From NCBI GenBank assembly GCA_965235115.1, contig OZ249436.1, forward strand, positions 38,690,001 through 38,754,000: 64,000 nt of DNA, read 5' to 3'. Made by a program: the position numbers and the translations under genes. Below, in pieces: positions 1 to 13,087 of the stretch (positions are counted from its first letter, which is position 1; every line of letters begins with the position of its first letter). The stretch comes from Laetmonice hystrix (Eukaryota). Below the pieces are notes generated by a model. The model saw only the letters and a list, made by a program, of their open reading frames with translations, did not search any database and was not told the origin of the DNA.

Positions 1-3000
1 TCTGACTGTATTTAAAGCACACACTATTATACTGTACGGTATCTGACAAAGCAAGGCGTGTATAGTTAAGGGTATAGGAACTCTGGGATCATGCCAACTG
101 GTTTTGTTCGGCACAATTCTAGCGCTAACATATTGTATTGACCGTACGCCGTACTTTGTCGGAAGGTTTTACTTCTGATGGTCTGGGCAATACCTATTTC
201 TACACCCGGCCCCCATCTAGACCTACATCTACGAATCTCTCCCGTTTTAATCATGTTTCTATTGGCCTCCTTCCAGTCATAATGATTGCAGCGGTAAGTT
301 TACCACCGACATCAAGGTACAGGTCCCCGACCTGCTTCTTCTTCAGGTCTTAACGTCTTCGCTCTGAGTGCACCGTACAAAGATCTAGATTTGTAAACGG
401 ATGAGGTAATCGATACAGGACACGTTAAGAATGGGGCAGAATTCATCGATTGTAATGTACATATTTTGCTGCCGAAAGCCATGTCAAAGGCAGATTATTG
501 CATTAAAGAAAGCTATATTTCTTTAATATGGCCAATATACCTCAACATGACATCAAAAATGTCAAAGTTTTTATTAGGCAGGCTTCATAGGTAATTTCTC
601 AATGAAAGAATATGAATGCATATTTATACAATACAGTTTATTTGTAATACATGTTTACATATACAACTTTTTCCTCTGAGTTGTTACCCGGGTGTGCAAT
701 GCATGGGATCGTCTCGCGAAATCGTAACCCTTTAGATATATTTTTCAATATGATTATATAGTTAGGGGGTCATAAAGTCTTGTAAACCCATGACGAATTT
801 GTTGAATACAACCCCACATTTAGAACATGAATGAACAAATGAGATTCACTCTGGCACACAACATGCATGCACGTTCACTGCCGCTGTCCTTCACTCTCTC
901 GTGCACATATCTCCGTATGTATGCCAATACACCCACAAATGTATAGCGTCGACGGACTCACTGAAGCGGCTCAGAATTGCCACACTTAGATCCGTAAATG
1001 GAGTAGAGATTGATTTTCAAAACCTCTGATATGCCATTAGACGGGGCGAGGGCCAAATATTGACCTGCTGGATATATATTTATAGGTGAGAGAATATCTA
1101 GATTCCATTAAGAGAAACGTCAACCAAGCGTATGTCAGTCGGCACTGTACTGTAGTCTAGCCACAGATCCAGACTGCCATCGACTTGATGCTGTAGTGCC
1201 AGCAGTAGGCAATCTCGGGAGCATCTTGTTGTCATCTATACAATGGCCAGAAAGAAACGGAATTCAGTGCAACCAGAATCCAATGTATCTCGGGAAAAAT
1301 CTTGACCCGCCGGTGGCTATCCCTTCGGATTTGCCTAATTTGGAAATAATTATGCAGGTTACCGGGCACTATGGTCGCTTTGCATTGAGGCTATTTCCAG
1401 ACTGGTACCTGTATAGTTAATGAGCTCTGGCTTGGACACATGGTAGGTAAGGCGTCCGCGGTATAGTGTTGAAGTGATCCGTTAAGGACACAAAGAGAAG
1501 AGCATTCAACTACAGAGCGATCAGTATTGTATAAGTTACTGAGTTAGGTATCGACCAGTACGGATCGGTTGATGACATTCCCCGGTACCAGTGTAGACGG
1601 GGTTACATCTTTCATGCGACAAGTGTGTCATGACTGAAGGTACACCATCTCCTCAGGAGATTGACAATTATCTTGAGCCCGTAAAGGTTCGGAAACGTGG
1701 GGTTTCTCTATAAAAGCAACACCCCACAAAAGAAACTATTGAAGGTGCACATCGATCGGGGATGGGAATTAGCGGATGGAGAAATGTTGGTTGGAGTATC
1801 TCCTGATGGGAAATACTGAGACATTTGAAAGAAGACATGTGTTTTAAAAGGCTTTCTTTCTCCGCCTCAGGACGCAAAAAGTTTTTTGGCAAGAAATTCT
1901 TTGCATATTTACAAGTAGTGGAAAATGATGCAGCAAAGGTGGGCGAAGAGTTGCTTTTAAATGTAACTTAATTTAAATAAACTGAAGGGGGCTGGTATTT
2001 ATCTAGAATTTAGTATTTTTATTTCACTTGGCTTGACAACCACCATTAATGTGGGATCCTGGTACAAACGTTACAAAAATATATTTACAAGTGTTTTAAC
2101 AGTGCGACACAAGTTAGATATGTATGTTACAACCCATCTGGCAATCCGACCCATTTGCAAATGGGTTTGACCCAATAATGAATTTCCAGATGGGTCGCCC
2201 ATTTACAAATGGGCAAACCCCTCTGTGAATCTGACCCATCTATCCATCTTGAGCTGCCTGAAAATGTGTGAGTGAAACATTAATATATGGGGTTTGCATG
2301 TTTCATAAACCCCTTTTAAAGGTTGACGCCTTTTAAAAAGCCTGCCCAAACACACAAACAACAGGGGTATGAGGGCATGAGCAGCTATCCCGTTGATGCC
2401 CGTTAATGTCCCAAAAAAAAATTTGAGGAAAAAGTTGATGAATTAGCAACAGTAAGTTTGGATTTTCAACGATGAGACCCTGTTTTTAATAACATTTTTT
2501 TTATTATTGTAGATTGGGATATTTTCACGGTGGTTTTATTTTCGTGCGAATGGCTTTTAAAAAGATAGCACTTTTAGTGTGTAGAGAGAGGCTCAGGATT
2601 AAGGTTAGGGTAAGGCAATAGGGAATTAATAAACTTTTCAACTTACAAATAATGTGTCCGGTGTACATATTTTGCATTGTCGAGTAAATATTGGGTCAGA
2701 CCCATTTGCAAATGGGACACCTCTTGGTCGCGTGTTGGCATTGACAGATGGGTCGCCCATTTACAAATCAAGGTAGTGGGGCATTCGAAATGGGCCGTAA
2801 GTTATTCATGTAGTTAGTGGTGTCGCCTATCTTTGGTAAGGAGGGGGGGATGACCTCTGCCACTTTAAAAAAACAGATGGAATTTTGTAATGTATTGAAT
2901 GAGAAATTATATCATTTTACAATAATGTCTGGAATTGCACAAAGGTCTTGAATGCAGAAGAAGCCTAAAGTTTACATCGACACTTTCCCTCATACCATTA

Positions 3001-3774
3001 ACGATTCAGTATTTCTAGAACCAATCGACTGCAACGGAATTTGTAAGACGAGTACGCTCCGAATATTCACTGTATTGGTAACCCAACACGAAAATTGGTC
3101 ATGATATGTATAATTTGATAAAAATCCGATTACGCAGCACTGCAGACAATATTGACACAGCATTTATATTGGGACTATCTAAGGGACCAATCACAGAGGA
3201 TATCTATGTTGAACATGGCACTGTGTTATAGTGGCTGCCGTTAACGTTGAACGGCCCACTCCTATTTTTAATGTGTCTTTGTTTCTGAAAGTGCCACGTC
3301 TGTAATACCAAAATGAGTGGTGTTTGGTGATCAGCATTATCACAGGCATAAACCAAACAGGACCAATTAGGAGCTACTCCTCTCCACCAATTATATTCAT
3401 TGGCCCATATTCTCGTTGTTGGCGGAGAATAGCGTGAGCAGAGTGCTCAGACTGGAAGACGATATGATGGATTCGCCATCACCGGAGACTATGATGTATT
3501 CCGAATCTTGCCATGTAGTAGGACGTGCAGCAAGCGCCGAGTGTGGGATACGAGTACAATTATCGGAGATAAAAAGATTTCCCGCCAGATCAGCGTGCCG
3601 ACCTTCCCGACTGTGCCGAGCTAAAGCCAATTGTCTGGTGCACGTGACCCCCAGTGATATGAACCTGGGGTATATAAGTAGTGAATACATAACGGTTCCG
3701 TCCATAATGAGGTCTTCCACTGTCGTATCACCCCAGACTCTGTAAAGAGATATAATGCTATAGCGATGCACTAC

Positions 3775-4044
3775 CAGGGTTTCCGCCAGAGGGTAAAATG
3801 GGTAAAATTCCGTACTTTAAAATCTTTCCAGGGTACGGATCCGTACCCTCAGAATCGTTGGGTAACCATTTTTCCATGAAGTGATAAAAATCTTCTGATG
3901 ATGCCTTGAGCAACTTGAAGGAATCAAATATAATGTTGTACAGTATATGCAGTCTTTATTTGATTAATTCACATATTTGTAACAGCAGCTAACCCTAACC
4001 CCTCCTCTGGTCCGTACCCTCATTCTTTTCTGGCGGAAACCCTG
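3775..4044. mobile_element. MITE with CAGGG termini and 5-bp TSD (hAT5-like)
   Basis: TIR cagggtttccgccaga / tctggcggaaaccctg; ACTAC on both flanks (3770-3774, 4045-4049). Confidence 0.8.
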
Positions 4045-4982
4045 ACTACCGATATGAACGTTAGACCATTGCATCTCAGACACTCATTTACCTATTTTTA
4101 TTATTGATCACTACTGAATGTTTGAATTCCTCTTCCTCGAAAAGAACTCATTCTCTTATATACATGTACGGTCTTTCATATAAAAAAGGTCATTCTCCCT
4201 ATCCCTCCGATAGCTCCACAAATACTGGTAATACCCACCCATCTCTTTGATATGATAACAAGGATATTTGTCGGCACATTTTCCCCAAATTTTATTAAAA
4301 TTGATTTAGTCCGAACAATCTTATGACACAATTTGTTACCATTGGTCAATCCGGTAAAAGAACGTCAACAGGCTACAGTTACCGATCTATAGTAGGCCTA
4401 TATACGCTACAAATAAATTGTTCTTTGTGTTATGATGTACACTCCAAACCCATTCAAGGTTCCGAGCTAACATCGATTACCTTCTATAATGGACAAGGTT
4501 TATAGGTTATCGGGTTTATAAGAGGATCTAAGAGAACAATAGGACTATTTCTTTTGTTGCAACTAGTATGTACGTTCATGTGTAGGCCGGTAAGAAAAGT
4601 GGCTTCTAATCATTGGAGTGGAATGACAGGGCTCCGTTATTTATAGAAACGTGTGTTAGCGCGGTGCAAAGAGTGAAAGTACGTTTGTCTGCCTCTTCAT
4701 GTTATAGGTGATTAAAGCCTTTGATCTATTATTCAATTCCCTTTCTCTGTGTGTGTAAGTTAAAGGCAGCCTGTGAATTTACGGTCTTGGTTCCAACCGA
4801 GCGAAGATGTTTCGTCAGCTCGCCAAGTCATATAATATCACGTGGTATAAAGTCACAGAGGTCAACAGAGATCATGATATTTTATTATTTCATGTTTTAG
4901 GGAATGTGAATTCAATTACCAAACAATTTGCATTTTTTCTTATCAAATGTTTCACTTCCGGTTGAGTAGGGCAAGCCACCAA

Positions 4983-6458
4983 TCAAACTCATTTCATCTC
5001 GACATTAATATTTTTTTCTGAAAGGTCTCCGTATCAAGCTACACAATGTCCTACTGTATATCAAACTCATCTCGACATTTATATTTTTCCTGAAAGGTCT
5101 CCGTACCAAACTACACAATGTCCTACTGTATATCAAACTCATCTCGACATTTATATTTTTCCTGAAAGGTCTCCGTACCAAACTACACAATGTCCTACTG
5201 TATATCAAACTCATCTCGACATTTATATTTTTCCTGAAAGGTCTCCGTATCAAGCTACACAATGTCCTACTGTATATCAAACTCATCTCGACATTTTTAT
5301 TTTTCCTGAAAGGTCTCCGTACCAAGCTACACAATGTCCTACTGTATATCAAACTCATCTCGACATTTATATTTTTCCTGAAAGGTCTCCGTACCAAGCT
5401 ACACAATGTCCTACTGTATATCAAACTCATCTCGACATTTTTATTTTTCCTGAAAGGTCTCCGTACCAAACTACACAATGTCCTACTGTATATCAAACTT
5501 ATTTCATCTCGACATTTATATTTTTCCTGAAAGGTCTCCGTACCAAACTACACAATGTCCTACTGTATATCAAACTCATCTCGACATTTATATTTTTCCT
5601 GAAAGGTCTCCGTACCAAGCTACACAATGTCCTACTGTATATCAAACTCATCTCGACATTTATATTTTTTCTGAAAGGTCTCCGTACAAAGCTACACAAT
5701 GTCCTACTGTATATCAAACTCATTTCATCTCGACATTTATATTTTTCCTGAAAGGTCTCCGTACCAAACTACACAATGTCCTACTGTATATCAAACTCAT
5801 CTCGACATTTATATTTTTCCTGAAAGGTCGCCATACCAAACTACACAATGTCCTACTGTATATCAAACTCATTTCATCTCGACATTTATATTTTTCCTGA
5901 AAGGTCTCCGTACCAAACTACACAATGTCCTACTGTATATCAAACTCATGTCATCTCGACATTTATATTTTTCCTGAAAGGTCTCCGTACCAAACTACAC
6001 AATGTTCTACTGTATATCAAACTCATCTCGACATTTATATTTTTCCTGAAAGGTCTCCGTACCAAACTACACAATGTCCTACTGTATATCAAACTCATCT
6101 CGACATTTATATTTTTCCTGAAAGGTTTCCGTACCAAGCTACACAATGTCCTACTGTATATCAAACTCATCACGACATTTATATTTTTTCTGAAAGGTCT
6201 CCGTACCAAACTACACAATGTCCTACTGTATATCAAACTCATGTCATCTCGACATTTATATTTTTCCTGAAAGGTCTCCGTACCAAGCTACACAATGTCC
6301 TACTGTATATCAAACTCATCTCGACATTTATATTTTTCCTGAAAGGTCTCCGTACAAAGCTACACAATGTCCTACTGTATATCAAACTCATGTCATCTCG
6401 ACATTTATATTTTTCCTGAAAGATCTCCGTACCAAACTACAAAATGGCCTACTGTATA
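4983..6458. repeat. Tandem array of a 72-bp unit, about 20 copies, some units 77 bp
   Basis: Unit catctcgacatttatatttttcctgaaaggtctccgtaccaaactacacaatgtcctactgtatatcaaact repeated head to tail; ORF track shows 24-aa periodicity. Confidence 0.97.
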
Positions 6459-9400
6459 TGGACATGTTTGTGTTTAGTTTAATGTCAATACGGACCCTGG
6501 CGCCATAGTGAACTATATACTACCTGATGTGAAATGGATGGTCTGTACCGTACATAGAACATTCATCTATCGCTTGTGTTTATTGGCGTTGTATTATCAC
6601 AAAGCCGGTAAATCATCTGTAAATTTGACAGGATTAATATATAGGCGAACATCTATCACCATGATCCTCAGTTGTATTTTATTAAGTTATCAATAATGTT
6701 TCGATCACCATCACCTCCAATTAAATTCATTTCAATAATATGGGTTCGTTCTTGTTTGTTGAGAGATGAGTTAAGAGGTGCCCTTACTAACACACCTTTC
6801 TGGAGTTTCTGGAGATCTTGCAGACGTGGTCCTAAGTCAGACTGACAGAGGTTATTATTTGATCCGTCATGATCATGATCGTGATCCGTCTTAGATTGTG
6901 CCATAAGATTTAGCTACTTTTGAGATACATTCCAAGGGATTCTATAACATGTTATGTCTCTTGCATTATTTTGTCATAATATTATATGCAATATGGAAAT
7001 TACGGACAATATTCATGCTGGCAATGATAAAATCAATTAATCTCAATTAATCCAACATGTATCTTTAATTGTCCATAGCTTCGAATAGAACGTAACGACA
7101 GTTTCTACAGATCATTACCAAGGAGAGACATGAAATTTAATGTTAAATTCAAAAAATGTTCTTTCTACTAAAAAAACGACTGCAATACCAGAAATTTTAA
7201 AGAAGATACTATAACTTTCGCGTGACACTCGGGAGAGAATGATCTTTTTACTACATTCGCAGGCATGTTTTTATCCAAGAGGTTCCAAGCAGTGCTAGGA
7301 TAATGCTGCCATGAAGGATCGATGATAGTCTGTGGCTAGTCGACGATTTCTTACACTGATTCCTTCACTTGTATCCAACGTTCCACAGACAGCCCCAGTC
7401 AATACTCCGCCTACAATGTTCGCCGACTACACTCTCCAGTGCATGGAAACAATTATCATCTTAATGAGAAAGTGGTTTCAGCTTGATTGGTTAAGCTTGA
7501 TTGGTACCATTTCGTTGATTTTATGAGAATATCCTCAGTAATAGAAATCCTTCACGGTTCCGTGGGTGGTCGTGTTTAGATAATTATCTGAAAGGAATCG
7601 TGGAATTATATGTTAGCGGCATTATGTCGGCGAGATTAACCTGAAACAAATAAATAGCATGGGCAACAATCAGCAAAATGAAGTAAGTCACTCATACGGA
7701 GGTAATCTTCTTACAGGCGTGAAACAAAGTGTGCGGCTTAGGAAGAGCACCAAGCCATGTTATGGATATGCTCAATAAGAGCAGACATAAATTCTTTCTT
7801 GAAGCATTACGATACATAAGTAGCTTAATGGGTCACGGTTAGGAATGGCATGAGAGCTTTCAGTTTCACTTCCCATCAAATGTGCATTTCAGACTAATCA
7901 CACCAACGCGTACATACATATTAAAAAATGGATCTTTAGAAATACGGAGGAAATTGGACATGCTGATAGTTCTTTTTCGTTCAGTTTTTAATCATATTGC
8001 CCTGACCTTTGTCTTCGAGAAGTCTGCTAAGGACCAGCCGCATGTAGTGATACTCCTACCAGTTTCAACATAATTATTATGATCGTCAGATCCATGGATT
8101 GCCTATCATGCAGTTTCAACATATGATCATTAGATTTGATTCATGGATTAGTGAATGCTACAGAGACACTAACAATATGATAATAAAACCAACCGCAAGT
8201 CATAAATAAAATCGTAGCCAAAAGCCCGTTTACTTTCCTTATATAGTTCAGTCATATCGTATGACGTACTACATTAGGGCTCGGGCACGGTAAAGGTGCT
8301 TCAATTTAGGGCTTGATAGAAGCCAGCGTTTCCGGTTGGACCATTGGCCTGGCAGCGCCATATTCCGAGCACAGCACCTTGGCCAATGGACCACTTTACG
8401 TTTTGAGGGTTTCGCGGCAATCGTTGCGATGATAAAGGGTTGGAAAACGTGGCTTGGGGAAATTGTGATCATTATGTTCTTAGGAATCGACAGGGCATTA
8501 GAGTGGAAAGGCGAGGGGAACACGTGCTTTTTACACCTTTGGTTTGGGTCAATGATAGTAATTTGGCTGGGTTGGGGCGGCCACTGAAGCCCTTTGTACA
8601 CACATGATGTGACAATGATTGGCGCGTGGTGAAGCCGATCGTATCAATCATGGCAAAGTAACGGCGTCATGTTAGAAATGATACCAGGCCGAGCTGCTGG
8701 TATCAAAGTAATCGACAACGTTAAAGGCCTTGATATAGGCCTATACCATACAGTGTGTGATAAAACCTTAAACCTAAGACAAGCGTTGTGGGGGGATTTC
8801 AGATTAGCCGTACACATATTATTGCAGCATTCCTAAAGTTTTTTTTACAATTTATTGTAGATTATAGCGGATATGGCTAATCTATTGGAAGATTTAGGTG
8901 GTAGATGATTCCGTGGTGGATGCATGGTTTTAAGAGAGTTATAATTAAAGTTTTGCCTTTATTCAAGATTAACATTAGTTTTTCCCTGACTTTGCATAAT
9001 TCTACCATTATCTCATAATTCATTATCATTATTTCTATAATTATAAATATTATTAAACAATGGTTATTTTCTATCTTTGTTATTTTTATTCATGATATTC
9101 CGATCGTCATCCTATACCTAATGATGAGCATGCTCCAAGTTAAGGTGGTTACCGTCTACTCCACGGACATCGATTAGTTCTCAGCAAACAGGACTTATAG
9201 AACTGGGTCAATGGACGGTCTGACTAGTCAATCCTTATAATGAAGCCGTCCGATTATGAACGATGTAAAAGAGGCCATTGAAGAACTGATGAGATCTGGT
9301 TACTTGCATTCATTCATATTGATTAGGAAAATAATAATTGTGTTGAGGACCTCCATGCTCAACGTTACCGCCACCTTTCCAACTTCACCTGATCTATTCA

Positions 9401-9462
9401 ATGGTGACGGAAGGTTTGTAATAATCGTCCGAGCGAGAGAGTCCATTGTACGACGGACGCTG

Positions 9463-9524
9463 TGACGTCATCACTGCATCACGTCGAGCGTCCACGTACA
9501 CGTGCGTCATCGGACTCTATTATA
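9463..9524 (+). promoter_or_regulatory. Candidate promoter of the SUEL-CUB-CCP gene
   Basis: CRE TGACGTCA (9463), E-box CACGTG (9499) overlapping TGCGTCA, and TATA-like TATTATA (9518) clustered about 2.6 kb upstream of the first certain exon; motif evidence only. Confidence 0.25.
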
Positions 9525-10559
9525 CTAGGTGGTGCTGTTGTAGTCGGTCCTCGCTTCGACCCATGTCGATCATATTAATACATTACTCCGATCACTGGAG
9601 GAAGGTATTTAATAGCAGCTGATCCTCCAGGGTGGTTAGGCTGACGAGATACTAGAAGGTTGGTCCTCTCGGACAACCGTTTTGACGCGACTGCGAGCAC
9701 TTATGTAATTAGCATATCAATGTAAACACCGCAAGCTGAGGATCATCAGCGTTTAATGTAATCAGTTGAAATGTACCGAAAATAGGAAGTCGCGGCGAGG
9801 TCAAACGCTTTAGGTCATAGTCAGGCTGTGCCATCATTCATTGCCTGGTTGTTGCTATGGTCATACAAAAAGTGTGCCCTACACTAGAGACGGCAGGTAA
9901 TTTACGACAAGATTTGGGGGTCGTATACTTTTGTGCAAACAATAGTCAAAAGCCGGCAGTTATTGGTTGTGCTGCTGCTTGCTTCTTTCCGACAGGCAAC
10001 CAATGAGATATCATAAACGTCCTAATGTTTTAACAACGATATGCTATAAGTCGTATGATTAAGTTTCACTTCTTATGAAGTTCCAATACAATATTGCGAG
10101 AAGACCGTCATCTCGGCTCTCATTAGTTTGGCGTGGCCCTTCAGAATGTCTTAGTGAAATCGGTGTAATCTAGGTTAGGCAAGGACAGTTAATTGTCGGT
10201 GTGGGGAACGACCCTTGCGGAGACTGGCAACCCTGTTCATTATGAACGGCGTTTTATCACTGGTACAATACATCGAGTTGCTATCCTTGCCTTCTCGTGG
10301 GTCCGGCCGATAAGCACGGTGAGAATGCCCGCCCGACATGGGGCCCACACCCGTCATTGATTGAAAGCCGAAACTCATTAAAGACTACGAGCGAATTTAC
10401 ATGCGATTAGCTCCAAATATTGCTTTGTTTACCGCAGAGCATGATGGATCTGTATATTTGATATTGAGCGGGTTGGTTTTTTAACGCTGTTCGGTGGTAT
10501 TTTCTCCAGGTTGTGTTGATTGTTGTAGGATATATCTCAATTCAGATCGTAGAGAAAAA

Positions 10560-10605
10560 ATGGAGTGGTGGATATTATCAGTATTGTCTTTCATGCATGA
10601 TGTCG
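10560..10605 (+). CDS. Candidate signal-peptide exon of the SUEL-CUB-CCP gene (MEWWILSVLSFMHDV-G)
   Basis: AAAAAATGG start context, short hydrophobic core and a phase-1 donor (weak, GTATTA) compatible with the exon at 12116; an alternative phase-1 donor exists at 9897. Confidence 0.25.
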
Positions 10606-12115
10606 GTATTATGGGTGTTCCTTTCTTAACGTAATAGCACAGCTGTAAACTTTAATGTTTAGCCATAGGACTAAATCTATTGCCGACATCTAGGCAATGA
10701 AAGGATGTTTCCAGAGGCTCTTTTTGTTTTGTTTTGTTTTGTTTGTTATATTACTTGATCTGTGAGGTAAATTACTTGAAAGTTATGCCTATTTTTGAAA
10801 GTTAAGGAGTATGGAAGAGTTGAAGTCGTATTTTAACACAAGCGTATTGTTTATAATTTGAAGAGATTCCTTCAGAGCTAAAACAATTTACTCTGACGTT
10901 AAAGATACTAAGCCAACGTGTCTAATGACCGTAAAGTGTTATTGGCTACTAAACTGGACATGCGGTATTTTCCGAGCCAGTTCCTCCATTGGACTAGCTT
11001 CGTGCGCCAAACCGCGTTCTTTGATCATCAAATAATTGTCTTTACTTTGGGTACATGCAATCGTTCCTGTTTTCACCTGGGGAAGGGTATTCCCGGAGCA
11101 AGGGGTGGAGACGGGAGGGGGTGGAGCTAGGGGGTGTGCAGGCTGTTGGTGTGGGTTATAATAATAGTGCGGATATTTACCATCTCTCTGGGGATCATTA
11201 CAATATTGGCGTTGTTTTTTTTTCTCTTCCTTTGTCTCCCCCCCCCCCCCAGCAATAGTAGATAGGCCGAAACGGACATCGTGTAATGTTTTGGTATTGA
11301 ACACGGAAGCTCGTGACTCTTAGCCCACCTTGCAAGTCTATATCAAATTAATTCACAGAATTATCTTAAAATTGGCCTTCATGGTCATCAGCCTAAGACC
11401 CGTCAGTTGCCTCTGCCGTGACTCCAACAGTACATGGCTTCTGCACGCAATCCACACTCAGCGGAGTCCTATACCGGCTGACCTCGTAACGCCTCCGTGC
11501 TCGAATTGTATCTAGCTGATGTGATGAGAACTCATGGTGTGGAAGAGGGCAAACACTTTATGATGGGAGACTCTTTCTGAGGTTATGGTCAAACGAAAGT
11601 GTACTTTGATTGGACAATGTCTCACGACCTAGTTGGGTATGATGGTTTTGTCACAAATAGGACTACACTTATATGTTTCTTAATTTTCATCCCCCATCTC
11701 TTCATTACATGCAGGTTTCCTTAAAAGCCCTTAAAGTGTCAGTTAACAATGTATGAAAATTACTGTTGTCACATTTTAAGGATCAACTGCAGTGTACATG
11801 AAAATGTTCAGAGAAAGATGTAAAGGCGGTAGAAACTTCCGATTTGTGTTTCCGCTTTCCTATGGTAAAACACTGGCCTGTTCACACAGTCGGAGGTTAA
11901 TCGGACTTGTAGATCATCACCCCAGGCCCTTCAGAGTGGCCCTCCTAACATCTTGGGCCAAAAATATATTCTCTACATCAGCAATATAGAAGCGGCACTT
12001 ACTTTTCCCTAATGCATGACACGATAAATTACGAAAATGTGCTTACATGAAACAATGCAGTTGCAACAAACTTAAAATGCTCATCTTCTGTAATTTTCTT
12101 CTTCTTCTTCTTCAG

Positions 12116-12397
12116 GTGGAATTGGGATACACGCGTGCTTCAACAATGTTTTGGACATCAAATGCGCCGCCAGCGAGATGATCGCCTTCAACACGGCCCG
12201 CTACGGCCGAAACAACACAGAGATCGCAGCGCTGTGCCGGACCCCGTTTCAGCGTAACTGTGATGTTGATGCCCACTTCACCCTGAACCGTCTCTGTGCT
12301 GGCCTCCATAAATGTGCTCTCGTTGTGAACACTCAGCTCTTCAATGACCCTTGTGGATATGAAGAGTTCCTGACTGTTTCCTACAACTGTGTGCCTG
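12116..12397 (+). CDS. SUEL-CUB-CCP membrane protein, SUEL/galactose-rhamnose lectin domain exon
   Basis: Polypyrimidine tract plus CAG acceptor, GTATGT donor, phase 1-1; HACFNNVLDIKC...ARYGR...C...CAGLHKC...FNDPC...LTVSYNC matches the SUEL cysteine and YGR/DPC pattern. Confidence 0.9.
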
Positions 12398-12454
12398 GTA
12401 TGTATGACATCTTGTAAACAACCCTGGTTCTAGCTTCTAAATACCCGTCACCAC

Positions 12455-13087
12455 CATGGGCGTCGAATGCTTTGAGGGGGGGGGCATTCCCTATTCAAAA
12501 CATGCAACTGAAACATGTCGCCGGCGCAGATGCAGCAGTTAACGAGTTTCAGTATTGATAAAAGGGCGCGGGGGGTGCCTGTCACAAGCATTTGACAATA
12601 ATTAATTAAAATTATACCAATGCAGACACAGCAATTACTGGTTTAATACATATAACTAGACTCTAGTTTTATGTTTAAAGTAAAGCATAGAACATTACCA
12701 ATATATGTTTGATATCGAGCATAAGCCCATCTAGTGTTGTGATGCAGCCGCAAATTTGATTCCGTATATATATTGTACCATTAGGCCTATAATGAACAGA
12801 AATTCACAATCTTACTGATTTTCACCCCTGGCTTGGCATTTTAATTAACGAAGGAGACGTAGAACGTCATGCCAACATGTCAGACCGTTCAACGAGCTTA
12901 CTGCTCAGTGAATCAGGCCCCTGGTCGGGATCATCTCTGCTGTCTGCTGAACCCGCCAAGAGTTGGCTTGTCACTCTGAATAGAAAAAGTAGGGGGGGGG
13001 GGGGACAATCGATATACTGTCCCCCTGCATAAAAAGTGGGGGGAGGGGACATGTCCCCCCCCGTCCCCCACCTTTCGACGCCCATGG
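12455..13087. mobile_element. hAT-like MITE
   Basis: TIR catgggcgtcga / tcgacgcccatg; GTCACCAC duplicated on both flanks. Confidence 0.75.

Noticed and set aside
3397..3771. Overlapping 109-aa and 124-aa ORFs
   Set aside because: No recognisable domain and no phase-compatible splice sites found.
4983..6458. CRISPR array or repeat-protein ORFs
   Set aside because: Units abut with no unique spacers, the context is eukaryotic, and the ORFs on both strands are translations of the repeat.
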